Positions 11,403 to 20,933 of a stretch of 64,000 bases of DNA are shown piece by piece. The stretch is from Giardia intestinalis (Eukaryota): NCBI GenBank assembly GCA_000002435.2, contig CM018789.1; one strand, written 5' to 3'. Made by a program: the position numbers and the translations under genes. Position 1 is the stretch's first letter, and every line of letters starts with the position of its first letter. A model generated the notes under the pieces. That model searched no databases, was not told the DNA's origin, and saw nothing but the letters and a program-made list of their open reading frames with translations.

Positions 11403-13577
11403 ATGCACGCTGCTTCGTCTGGATCCGCAACAATAGCTTTCAGTGTCCCACCGTTCACTCTCAGAGGGCTCTACAAGCAACTGAATGACGTGCTTAATGA
11501 AAGTCCCGCGGGAACAGTCTACTCTCTCAAGGATTATCTGGGCCTCGCCGTAAAGGAGGTCCTGCTCGACGGCCTGGACAAGGGGGATCTGGACACCATC
11601 AGACTAGAGCTGGCCACCCTTCTCGACCTCTCCCATCCGGGGGTCCTCAAGCACCATCAAGTGGTCGAGGATGATGACTTCATCTACGTCGTCACGGACC
11701 GCCACGACAAGACTCTCGAGTGCCTCCTCACTGAACACAAGCGAAGGAAGATCCCCGTCCCTATCGCTGTGATTCTCTCCGTCCTGAGGCAGGTCGCTGC
11801 CGCCCTCGCCTATCTCTACGGCCTCAGTGGGATAGGTACTAGGGGGCTCGTCCACCGCGACCTCAGGCCTGCCAATATATTTATCAGCGCAGATGGTGAG
11901 TACTTCGTCATCGCTGGTCTCGGCCTCTGCAGGAACGCCCTGAGAGGCGGGAGCATCACCGCGATAACAAGGCCGTACATGGCCCCCGAGGTGCTCCTCC
12001 ACAACGAGACCAGCCCTGCCTCCGATGTGTGGAGCCTCGGGGTCATCGTCTACGAGCTTACTATTCTGAGGAGACCGGACTTCCTAGAAGGTAAAGACCC
12101 AAAAGACGTCTTCGTTGACGGGTGGAGGCCGAACCTGAGCGGTGTCACCGATGGCTTCATAAAGAGCATTCTGGAAAGGATATTCGTGCTGGAGCCAGAG
12201 AGGAGGCCAACGGCCAAGGGACTGTGCGAGATGCTCGCCACAGCAGACATCCCAGTTAGTGAGCTGGGGCATCGGTGTGTGGCACTAGAAGACAAATGCA
12301 GCGCCTTGGAGGCTGCTTTGAACAGTGCTAATGCTAATATCGTGCTTCTGAAGGACGAGCTCAAGGTCGAGTCGGATAAGGTCACTGCTCTTGAGGCAGC
12401 CCTCGACGCCAGGTCTGCTGAGATTGCCTCTCTAAAGGGCGCTCTTGAGAACAGGCCAAGTGAGGCCGACGCCCTGGGACAGGAGCCCCGACTCAAGACC
12501 ACCAGGATCGACGCGCTTGAAGATCAGTGCAAGGAGTATTTAGCCATGATTAAGGCACTGGAGGATAAGCTTGCACAATCTAGTAGTGGGATGAACACGA
12601 GTAGCCCCCAGATCAACCTCTCCGCGCTGCCTCAACTGATATACGCTGCACACACGAATGACATGGAGACTGTCCAGATGCTGGCCAACGAGAAAGATTG
12701 TATCGGTCAGCGCGACGAGCGGGGGATGACGGCCCTCATGCATGCAGCCCAGCAGGGGCACGGTGGGCCTGTTGAGCTGCTTGTTAAGAAGGAAAAGGGC
12801 CTCAAAGATAAAAACGGCTGGACCGCGCTCATGCACGCCGCACACGGGAACCATCCTGAGGTAGCTAGGATTCTCATCCCTCATGAGCATGGGAGGAAGA
12901 GCAAGAACGGCCGTACTGCTCTGATGATTGCTGCACAGGAGGGCCATGCGGAGGCTGCTTCTGTTCTGGCTCCGTACGAGGAGGACCTGACCGACAGACA
13001 AGGCAACACGGCCCTGATCCTTGCGGCAGAGGCAGGACACGAAGCTGTGGTGGAGGCTCTCGACCCAACCGATGATAGGGGCGTCACAGCGCTCATGCGG
13101 GCCGCGAAAAGAAACGACACATTAGCAGTAAGCGCACTCATACCCGTCCAGAAGAAGCGATTGGCACCTACTGGGACAGCGCTAATACAAGCAGCAATAT
13201 GCGGCCACGTAGCAGCAGTACGACTGCTGATGCCATATGAGAGTAGGGCACGGGATGGTTGTGGTGCGACCGCCCTCATGAAGGCTGCCTCTGAGAATCA
13301 TGCAGAAGTAGTGCAGCTGTTGATGGAGCGCGAAGGCTGCATGCTGGATCCCCATGGCTTACCCGCTATCGTGCACGCAGCGTATGGCGGCCGCTTAGAG
13401 ATAGTGAAGCTGCTATTTGAAAAGGAGGGGCATCTAATAGACAAGTCTAATGAATCCTTCTTTGATAAGCTTGAGGCCAAGGGCTACTCTGAGATAGCAT
13501 CCTTCCTTAGGGACAGCCGTACACCGGGCGCCGATGACTGCAACGATCACCAAGCTGCTCCACGAGCTCACGAGTAA
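11403..13577 (+). CDS. NEK-like kinase with coiled-coil and ankyrin repeats (left inverted-repeat copy; probably catalytically impaired)
   Basis: The kinase domain keeps HRDLRPANIF and APE (YMAPEV) and has the lysine in LAVKEV, but the DFG motif is replaced by AGLGL. It continues into a coiled coil and then about 9 ankyrin repeats. First ATG at 11403; AGTAAAC overlaps the stop (13573..13579). Confidence 0.8.
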   Translation: MHAASSGSATIAFSVPPFTLRGLYKQLNDVLNESPAGTVYSLKDYLGLAVKEVLLDGLDKGDLDTIRLELATLLDLSHPGVLKHHQVVEDDDFIYVVTDRHDKTLECLLTEHKRRKIPVPIAVILSVLRQVAAALAYLYGLSGIGTRGLVHRDLRPANIFISADGEYFVIAGLGLCRNALRGGSITAITRPYMAPEVLLHNETSPASDVWSLGVIVYELTILRRPDFLEGKDPKDVFVDGWRPNLSGVTDGFIKSILERIFVLEPERRPTAKGLCEMLATADIPVSELGHRCVALEDKCSALEAALNSANANIVLLKDELKVESDKVTALEAALDARSAEIASLKGALENRPSEADALGQEPRLKTTRIDALEDQCKEYLAMIKALEDKLAQSSSGMNTSSPQINLSALPQLIYAAHTNDMETVQMLANEKDCIGQRDERGMTALMHAAQQGHGGPVELLVKKEKGLKDKNGWTALMHAAHGNHPEVARILIPHEHGRKSKNGRTALMIAAQEGHAEAASVLAPYEEDLTDRQGNTALILAAEAGHEAVVEALDPTDDRGVTALMRAAKRNDTLAVSALIPVQKKRLAPTGTALIQAAICGHVAAVRLLMPYESRARDGCGATALMKAASENHAEVVQLLMEREGCMLDPHGLPAIVHAAYGGRLEIVKLLFEKEGHLIDKSNESFFDKLEAKGYSEIASFLRDSRTPGADDCNDHQAAPRAHE

Positions 13578-13579
13578 AC
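13573..13579 (+). promoter_or_regulatory. Putative Giardia-type polyadenylation signal (AGTAAAC) overlapping a stop codon
   Basis: AGTRAAY motifs overlap or closely follow the stops of several + strand genes: 1465..1471, 13573..13579, 14494..14500, 20814..20820, 49693..49699, 53429..53435 and 56628..56634. Confidence 0.5.
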
Positions 13580-13739
13580 CCGTCGTTCCCTTCACGAGAA
13601 GCAGAAGGCCCTGGAGAACAGGCCATACGGACCAGCGCCCCATGCTTCTGGCCGTGCCAAAGTGCCATGAAACAGCGTCTCCAAGTTTTCTATCAATTAT
13701 GTCTTATGAAGAGCCGCGATCGCAATTGGGAGGCAAAGA

Positions 13740-14498
13740 ATGGCACTTATTGAGGCGGCCAAGGAGAACAGGCTGGACTACGTCAGGGCCCACAAGGCCG
13801 CGGACGCAGGCCAGAGGGACGCAGACGGGAAGACGGCGCTCATGTGGGCCGCCGAGGCCGGGCACACCGCCGTCGCCCTGGAGCTGGTCGACGCAGAGGC
13901 GGGCCTGGTCTCGAACGACGGGTCCTTCGCGCTGATCGCGGCGGCAAAGAGGGGGAACCTCGAGCTGATCCAGGCCCTTTTCGAGAAGGAGGGGAGGCTG
14001 CGGGACGCCGGCAAGCTCTCCGCCCTCAACCACGCCTCCAAGGCGAAGCAGTTCGAGGCGGCCAAGGTCCTCCGGCTGAAGACCATCGAGACGATGGACG
14101 CGGCGATGCTGGAGCAGCTCCGGCAGAGGGTCGCGGCCACCTACACCGAGATGGCCAAGAAGTCGCAGCAGGCCGAGGTCAAGAGCCACAACATGGCCAT
14201 CTTCCGCTCGTTCTTCGAGGCGTTCTACTTCCTCTCCTGCTCGGGGATCGACCAGGGGGCGGAGATCTCGGAGGAGCAGCTGAACAAGTCCCTCGAGAAG
14301 TGCCTGGGCGAGATCCGCAAGCTCCTCAACTCGAAGAAGTACACGAAGTGCGTGAAGTGCCGCGCCAACGCCCCCAACCTGGTCTGCATGCCGTGCAAGC
14401 ACTACGTCCTCTGCAAGGACTGCGGGAAGGACGTCGCCAGCAAGGTCTGTCCTGCTTGCAACAAGCCGGTCGAGGAGTTCATGGAGGTCTTCAAGTAA
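13740..14498 (+). CDS. Ankyrin-repeat protein with C-terminal RING-type zinc finger (left inverted-repeat copy)
   Basis: Ankyrin repeats (KTALMWAAEAGHTAVALELV...), a coiled linker, then CVKCRANAPNLVCMPCKHYVLCKDCGKDVASKVCPACNKP (C3HC4-like). GC3-rich codons. AGTAAAC overlaps the stop (14494..14500). The antisense and other-frame ORFs in the track here are GC artefacts. Confidence 0.75.
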   Translation: MALIEAAKENRLDYVRAHKAADAGQRDADGKTALMWAAEAGHTAVALELVDAEAGLVSNDGSFALIAAAKRGNLELIQALFEKEGRLRDAGKLSALNHASKAKQFEAAKVLRLKTIETMDAAMLEQLRQRVAATYTEMAKKSQQAEVKSHNMAIFRSFFEAFYFLSCSGIDQGAEISEEQLNKSLEKCLGEIRKLLNSKKYTKCVKCRANAPNLVCMPCKHYVLCKDCGKDVASKVCPACNKPVEEFMEVFK

Positions 14499-14996
14499 AC
14501 GCCAAGAGGTGCTCCACGTCTGCAGATGTCCACCTAGTCGGGGCTCACCAGTAGGATTGCTTTGGCAGCTGCGCCACGAACCACACAGGACAGAGACGCG
14601 GTGATTGGCGCAGCCCCAGAAGGAGCCAGCGGACGCGACCCGTGACAGTCTGACAGGACCAGATTTGTGAAGACGTCTGTCTCTACAAGCCCCTCCACCC
14701 AGCGGCCGTAGCCGAGACCCACCCTGGCCCTCTTTCCCATCAGTCCACCCAGGCAAGGTTTACTGTAGAACCGATGCTTCCCGCTGTTCAGTGTATTTGT
14801 TTGACTAAAGACACGCGGGTCCTTTTCAGATGCGGCTGCAGGACCATCCCGCGTGGAGCTGGGAGAGCGCAACGGCCTCCTCCGCCGCGTACTGCTCCGG
14901 GGCGTCGGCAGGCTGCTCTCGTAGAGCCAGCCGTGGTGGGCCAGCGCCAGCCGTCCTCGCTGCACGGGCTTATGGAGAGCTGGTAGATGAGCTTCG

Positions 14997-16740
14997 TCAG
15001 GTGCTCGCGGAAGGCGGGGAGGCCCTGCAGCTCGAACACCCCGTATATGCGCGAGTAGTCCCCGCCGCGAAGGGCAGTATGTGCTTGGCGATCTTCAGAA
15101 GCACGACGATGGACGAAAGGCTGTTGACCTTGGACAGCTGGTACCCCGGGAAGCTGCACGTGAGCGTGCCCGCCGTGTTCATGTTGGCGGGGCTGTTGGT
15201 GCTATGTCTCCGCGCAGGAACGCCATCAGGTTGGCCAGGTTGTTCGGGATGTACGCCGTCGGCGGCCTGGAGCCCCGCCCGGGACGCTCTGCGCCGCGGC
15301 CCCTGGCTGGCCGCCGTGCTGGAGGGCTGCAGGATGTGCGAGACGTAGCCGTAGAAGCAGCGCGACGCCGTCAGCAGGCAGAACAGCCGCCTGCCGCTCA
15401 CCAGGCTATGAAGGGGCCTCGCGGGGTCTAGCGCCGGGTCCGGCGGGGCGCCCTGCTTGGCGGGCCTGGCCTGCAGGAGGAGAAGGACGTGGAGGCAGCT
15501 CTTCAGCACAGACTCCCGGATGTGCCGCGTGGACGACGGGGTGTTGCTGGAGAACGCGCCCTTCTCGGCGTCCCTCGTCGTGCCCGCAGTCGCCTTGGCC
15601 GACAGGACCGTCTCCAGCATGTGGGGGACCCCACACAGCGCCAGGCGGAGCAGCGACGAGAGGAACGCCGGCATGTCGACCTCCCGGTTCAGGTGGTAGA
15701 GCTGGTGCCCCAGGACGCAGTCGGCCTCGTTGGAAATGCCGACGAGCATCGCCCGCTGGACGTCCAGGGGGAGCGCGTAGGCGAGCACGTTGACCAGCTC
15801 GTGGCACTTGATGCTGCGGAACCGCTCCTCGTGGTGGTTGAAGGACAGCGCCTTCTCTATGCACCGCTCGAAGTAGGGCAGATTGCCCTTCGCACCCGGC
15901 CTCCCCGAGAACGGGAAGGACGCGGTCAGCCCCCGCTTGACCCTGTTGAGGTACACGCGGTAGTCGCCGGTGGCCACCGCGTTGCCGAGGGTGCGCTCCA
16001 GCTCGGCGTCGTGCCCGCCGTGGAGGTCTGCCAGGGACTGCAGGCCGATCCGCACGTCCGGCCCGGGCGCCGCCTGTTGGGCTGGGGGCGTTGAAGGCCG
16101 TCATGACGCTTGCACACTCTGCCATCTGGTCTGCGACGCCCTTGTCGGCGTAGGGGAGACGTTGCCGGACGAGAAGGGGGCGGAAGCCGCTCGACGGTCT
16201 CGATCGCGCAGGACCCGGCGCTGCCCTGCTCCTCCAGGGCCATCCTGCGGATGCTCCGGCACGTCCGGGCCTGCTTGTGGCCGCCCAGGGGCCCAGGAGG
16301 AGGAGGAGCGCCTGCCTGGATCAGCTTGGAGAGCAGGCGCGCAAGGGCTGGACCAGGGCCCTGACGAAGCCTTCGAAGGTGCGGAGGCAGGGCAAGCAGT
16401 CGACCGAGCCGTCCAGGCGGTCGCAGACGGTGACCCCCCGCAGGTTCAGGGAGGCCAGCACAAGGTGCAGGACCTGGATGCAGTGGGCCAGGGGAGGCGG
16501 GAGCTGCTTGCTTGCGTTCTGCGTCGACTCCGCCCTCAGGTCCGAGAGGGAGGCCGCGCACTCGCCGGGACGCCGAACCGCTTGAGGACCTGCCTGAAAA
16601 GGGAGCCGCCGTTGTGGAGGAAGAGGAGGAGCGCCCGCCTCGCCTCGTCGGCGCCCATCTCGTCCTCGAAGAGCGAGAGGAACGACTCGCTGAGCTCGTA
16701 GATCGCCGGCTCCACGTCCGACCACACGACCGGGAGCGGG
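14997..16740 (-). pseudogene. GC-rich gene of unknown function, split over three reading frames (possible pseudogene or frameshifted gene; left copy)
   Basis: Protein-like segments occur on the minus strand in three frames (16727..16536 WSDVEPAIYELSESFLSLFEDEMGADEA...; 16563..16321 ...ASKQLPPPLAHCIQVLHLVLASLNLRGVTVC...; 16055..14997 MRIGLQSLADLHGG...352 aa). This implies at least 2 frameshifts, and both are also present in the right copy. Confidence 0.35.
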
Positions 16741-18325
16741 GCGGTCGTCCGGTTCTAGTCCAGGCTTCCGTCCCCCATGTTTGCGGTTTCATGGCCCGCG
16801 CGGCCCTCTGCCCCAATCCATAGGGCCATGGGCTTGAGCAGACGAGCGCTGCCCATTCATCCTCTACTATACGTTTCCACGGATGGCACCGTTCGCGGCA
16901 GGGGCACTGAAGCCTCAGGCGTTCCTCTCTGCCAACAACCATGAACTACGGTAAGGTCCTGACTAGGCTGGAAGGCGCTCTGGCGGTGGCACGGGCAACT
17001 GCTAGACCCGCCCGCATCGGCCTCTGGTCATGAAGGCGAGCTGGCCCTTCCTTGGTGTGTCCTCCATACTAGTGGGACTTGCCGCGCTTCCCCCTCACGT
17101 GCAGCCAAAGGCCATGGCCGACGTCCGCACTGGTCATATAGCCGACCTCCGCGACTCTGGTGGCAGCGTGCTTGCTCGCTTATTCCACGAGGCATGGGCA
17201 TGGTAGTTACCGGCCTTGCTGCACAGCTCTTGACGGCGCCTTCCAGCCATTGCATCGGCCAGCTGTGCTACTTACAAGAAGCTCGCGCGCGTTCCCAACG
17301 TTGCAGCAACGCACGCTTGATCCCCGGCGGTGATTACTTTCATTAGTGGTGGTGCCCGCTCCGTCTCTAATCTGGTGTCGAACACACCAAGGATGATAGC
17401 GGCGCCACTCACGTTGCCGACGACTGCTTTATCCTGGCTTCTCAGATTGAAGGAGTGCTCTTGCTGGGCGTGGGCTCCCACGCTCCCCTTCATGGCCTCC
17501 TGGCCCTGTGCAATCTCTTCCTGGAAAAACGATATGCTGCTGTGCGCGATGTCGTGCACGGCATGTCGCCGAAGCAATAGCAGGGCTGCGCAATCATGCA
17601 TCCACTTGGTGGGCTACATGACTTGGCCCGCCATGCTTCTCTGTGCCTTCTTGTCAGTGCTAAGCGGGCACCCTTACGACGGCCAGCGCCTATGCGGCTG
17701 CGTGTCTATTCAGCGTATTTGCTCGCGTCATTATCGATTTACCGTACTTGGTCTCCTCATTGAGCTCTGCAATTGTCAGCTGCCACAGAGCGAGGCAGGT
17801 TCTTACTCTGCCCGAGGGCGATTATTGTGGGAAGCTCCATGCAAAGAACGACTCCACAGCGGCTCAGTTTGTTATATGGACAGCTGGCAACCCGAGTTGT
17901 TCGTGGGGGAGACAGTGCCACAGACACATACCCTCTTCTCTCAATTCTAACAAGCAATCTTACAAGACCAGGAACAGAAGATTGCTGTCCATGAGGGCGG
18001 CTCTAAACTGCTCGGCGCATACAATGCACTCGAGAAGAGGCCTCCTGAAGATGTGCTGGTAGGCGCGGAATCGGACGGTCCGATCGAGACGCCGTCCCTG
18101 GCAGCCGCTGGTTCTCCTAGGGGCGACGAGCCCCATGCCCCCGATGGACTCCTACTTCCAAAGCCCCAGCCGGCAACGCCTGATGCCTCCAGGTGCTCCT
18201 CTCAAACTGACAGATTAAGGAAGTACTATGTTGAGCTAGCAGCCATGCATAGGCAGATTACCGTACTTCAGTCTTCCGTACGCGAATCAGAGACAGAGTG
18301 CGTGCCAGTTCTTAGATCCTTGTAG

Positions 18326-20800
18326 TTTAGTATTCCTAGGGGGTGCCTGGTTGGGGTGGGGGGCTGTGTTGGCTCCGGGAAGTCGAGCTTCCTATTGGCT
18401 ATTCTGGGAGAGGTGGCCCTTTCGACATCAAGTAGTTCGGATTCCGCTCATATACACTCGGTGGGCCGTATTGCATACTGCTCGCAGGTGCCGTCCGTGT
18501 TTACAGGGACCATACAGTTCAATATCCAGTTATTCTTACCCTATGATGAAGAGAAAATGCAGCTTGCAACTCGACTCTCCTGTCTGGATGGGGACCTTTC
18601 TGAACTACCAGGGGGGCTTGCCACACTTGTTGGCAGCCGCGGTGTGACACTGTCTGGAGGACAGAAAGCTCGATTATCAATTGCCAGGGCCATCTACTCC
18701 GACGCGGATATTTACTTGTTTGATGATCCGTTCGCCTCTCTGGACTCTCATGTTTGCAAGTCGTTATGGAGCGAGACCATCAAAGGGTATCTACTTGCAA
18801 GGGGGAAGACCGTTGTGTTGGCGACCAATCAGATGCATTACTTTCGTTCGTGCTTAAAGGTGCTATTTATAGATGCTGGCACGATCAAAGAAGTGACACC
18901 AGAGAGCGTAGATATAGACTGTTCTCCTCTGCCCGTCGCAGAAGTCCTCTCACTGACCTCTATACAGGCTGTAGAGAAACACGACTCTGACTATCAAGTG
19001 CATCGAATGGCAGCAGTGCTTAAGGAGGAGAAATGCACGGAGCTGGGATCTGTTAATTCTAAATATTACAAGCTATGGTTCAAGGCAGGCGGGACCTGGA
19101 GATTCGTCATTTATGTTGTCATGTGGGTCTTCTGTATACTTATGTTGCAACTGGCGTCGCTGCTCATCAACTTCTGGACCGAACAGCGGCTAGGGCTGAG
19201 CACAGGTGGTTGCATAGGTCTGTTCTTGTCGTTCTCCTTTGCATTTATGGTGATCCTCTTCGTTGGGCAGCTCTTCTATATGCTGTTCACACGGAAGGCG
19301 GCAGAGAAGCTGTACTACAGCATGGAAGAGGGGCTTATCAATACATCGATGTCGTTCTATGACGCACACCCCATTGGACGGATCCTTAACCGCCTGATAG
19401 CAGACACAGGTACATGTGATTTGACGGTGAAGAATGGCCTAGCAGCGACATGTGAGAACTCCATCTTTGTGCTGGGTTCATTACTGGCCACTTTGCTGAT
19501 GAGCTGGCCATCTACGTTTGTGCTAGTTCCCTTGCTGGGACTGTTCCTTTGGATGTTCATGGGATTTCGTGCTGTGTCGCCCCTCTTGCGACGCACCACC
19601 TCCCTCTTGAATAGCCATGTGTGTAACTTTATTCTAGACACATACTACAACCTGGCATCTCTTAGAGCGTATAGGTATGAAGCCCAGGCGGCAAGCTACT
19701 ACGCCAGAGCCGTCCTAGCTATGGAGGCGGCATTTTGGATGGATGTTTCCCTCTACAGATGGCTACACTTTACAACTACCCTTCTATCTATCTGTGTGTC
19801 CGCAGTAGTTACTGTGTCCACTATCATAACGTCTTCTTTTGCTAACGGAGAGATATTTTCAGGTACCGTACTCATGAATGGCTTTGATGTTGTCATGATG
19901 TTAATAGATATGTGCTTCGGGATTGTTGCAATGGATCTTTCTATGGCCAGCGTGGAGAGGGTAGCAGAGTACGCTACTCTTGAACCAGAGAGTACAAGCG
20001 CTCCGCATAGCCCAAGTAGCTTGCCGGCAGACTCTACTCTCGGGCTTATTGTGCAAGATCTTTCGCTACGCTATCAACAGCATTTGCCAGTTGTGCTTCA
20101 TGGGATCTCATTCACAGCGGCCAAGGGAGAGCGCGTTGCAATCATAGGAAAGACAGGGTCTGGCAAGTCATCCCTTGTCAATGCGATTCTCAGACTTGTC
20201 GAGCCAGAGGCGGGCTCTGAGATTCTCTTGAATGGCCTGAACCTGCTGAAGATGGGCTTACATCAGGCACGGTCTAAGGTGACGCTGATACCACAGGATC
20301 CTTTTATTTTCTCCGGGACACTGCGAGCCTATCTCTCCGGGGATAGACGGTTCTCAGATGAGGAGCTGTGGCGTGTCTTGGAGAAGACGCACTTGCGTGA
20401 ATACTTCGCAGCTCAGTCAAAGCAACTTGACTACCACCTTTTTGATAACGGCAGCAACCTTTCGCTCGGACAGCGACAGCTTCTGTGCGTAGCCCACGCG
20501 CTGCTCAGAGACACAGAAGTCATCCTATTGGACGAGGTAACAGCACACGTAGATAGTGCCGCAGAGGCGGCTATTCAGGATGCCCTGGGGGCATATAAGG
20601 AGCAAAAGATCATTATTACGATAGCCCATAGACTCCGCACTGTTTGCAACCAGGATAGGGTTATTGTTATGGCCGGTGGTCAAATAGTCGAGCAGGGTCC
20701 TCCACGCGTGCTGTTTCACAAGCCTGACAGTATCTTTGCCAATATGGTAAGGTGTTCGGTAGATTCGGAAGACCTCGTCGATTTTCTTACGTCGATGTGA
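18326..20800 (+). CDS. ABCC/MRP-type ABC transporter, 5'-truncated (NBD1-TMD2-NBD2 only); possible pseudogene
   Basis: Walker A (GGCVGSGKSS) lies at the very start, followed by LSGGQKARLSIARAIY...DADIYLFDDPFASLD (signature and Walker B), about 6 TM helices, a second Walker A (GKTGSGKSS) and a second signature (LSLGQRQLL...ILLDEVTAHVD). Homology to MRP NBD1 (ITV...PVLRSL*FSIPRG) continues upstream across an in-frame TAG at 18323 to about 18260. No TMD1 is encoded upstream, where the inverted-repeat arm begins at 18209. Confidence 0.8.
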   Translation, partial: FSIPRGCLVGVGGCVGSGKSSFLLAILGEVALSTSSSSDSAHIHSVGRIAYCSQVPSVFTGTIQFNIQLFLPYDEEKMQLATRLSCLDGDLSELPGGLATLVGSRGVTLSGGQKARLSIARAIYSDADIYLFDDPFASLDSHVCKSLWSETIKGYLLARGKTVVLATNQMHYFRSCLKVLFIDAGTIKEVTPESVDIDCSPLPVAEVLSLTSIQAVEKHDSDYQVHRMAAVLKEEKCTELGSVNSKYYKLWFKAGGTWRFVIYVVMWVFCILMLQLASLLINFWTEQRLGLSTGGCIGLFLSFSFAFMVILFVGQLFYMLFTRKAAEKLYYSMEEGLINTSMSFYDAHPIGRILNRLIADTGTCDLTVKNGLAATCENSIFVLGSLLATLLMSWPSTFVLVPLLGLFLWMFMGFRAVSPLLRRTTSLLNSHVCNFILDTYYNLASLRAYRYEAQAASYYARAVLAMEAAFWMDVSLYRWLHFTTTLLSICVSAVVTVSTIITSSFANGEIFSGTVLMNGFDVVMMLIDMCFGIVAMDLSMASVERVAEYATLEPESTSAPHSPSSLPADSTLGLIVQDLSLRYQQHLPVVLHGISFTAAKGERVAIIGKTGSGKSSLVNAILRLVEPEAGSEILLNGLNLLKMGLHQARSKVTLIPQDPFIFSGTLRAYLSGDRRFSDEELWRVLEKTHLREYFAAQSKQLDYHLFDNGSNLSLGQRQLLCVAHALLRDTEVILLDEVTAHVDSAAEAAIQDALGAYKEQKIIITIAHRLRTVCNQDRVIVMAGGQIVEQGPPRVLFHKPDSIFANMVRCSVDSEDLVDFLTSM

Positions 20801-20933
20801 ATTAGCATATGCTAGTAAATCCACAGAGCGCTTGCGTAGACAGGTAGCAGGGCGATCGACACCCCGCAGAAACGAGTCTTTTGCGGTCAGTGACACCTAA
20901 ATTGTTGGATTGAGGCTCTGTCATAATAAAAGC

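Larger units (their letters stand above)
12069..18209. repeat. Left arm of a large inverted repeat (pairs with 57763..64000; extends at least to 12069, outer end undetermined)
   Basis: The reverse complement of 57763..64000 matches 18209..12069 at about 99% identity. The ORF pairs 13740..14498/61572..62330, 15926..16942/59127..60143 and 17748..18062/57909..58223 encode identical or near-identical proteins. The inner boundary is at ...ctcctctcaaact|ga. Confidence 0.9.

Noticed and set aside
13704-16942. Many long ORFs on both strands in the ORF track (for example 13704..14756 -, 13844..14554 +, 15406..16125 -, 15489..16094 +, 15926..16942 -, 15970..16701 +, and their right-arm counterparts)
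   Set aside because: The region is about 65% GC, where stop codons are rare in every frame. The translations are Arg/Pro/Gly/Ala low-complexity strings, and they overlap the one frame with real protein-like composition (the ankyrin-RING gene and the frameshifted gene segments).
17028-17950. ORFs near the inner end of the repeat arm (17028..17255 -, 17272..17601 -, 17330..17950 +) and their right-arm copies
   Set aside because: They are duplicated with the arm, but they conflict across strands and I could assign no domain (one segment, ...GAHAQQEHSFNLRSQDKAVVGNVSGAAIILGVFDTRLE..., is vaguely enzyme-like). The evidence is insufficient to call a gene or pick a strand.
12069-18209. Possibility that the repeat arms are copies of a Giardia non-LTR retrotransposon (GilM/GilT-like) or another mobile element
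   Set aside because: No reverse-transcriptase (YxDD/FADD) or endonuclease motifs are present. The content is NEK-ankyrin, ankyrin-RING and unknown genes, so it looks like a segmental duplication and not a transposable element.
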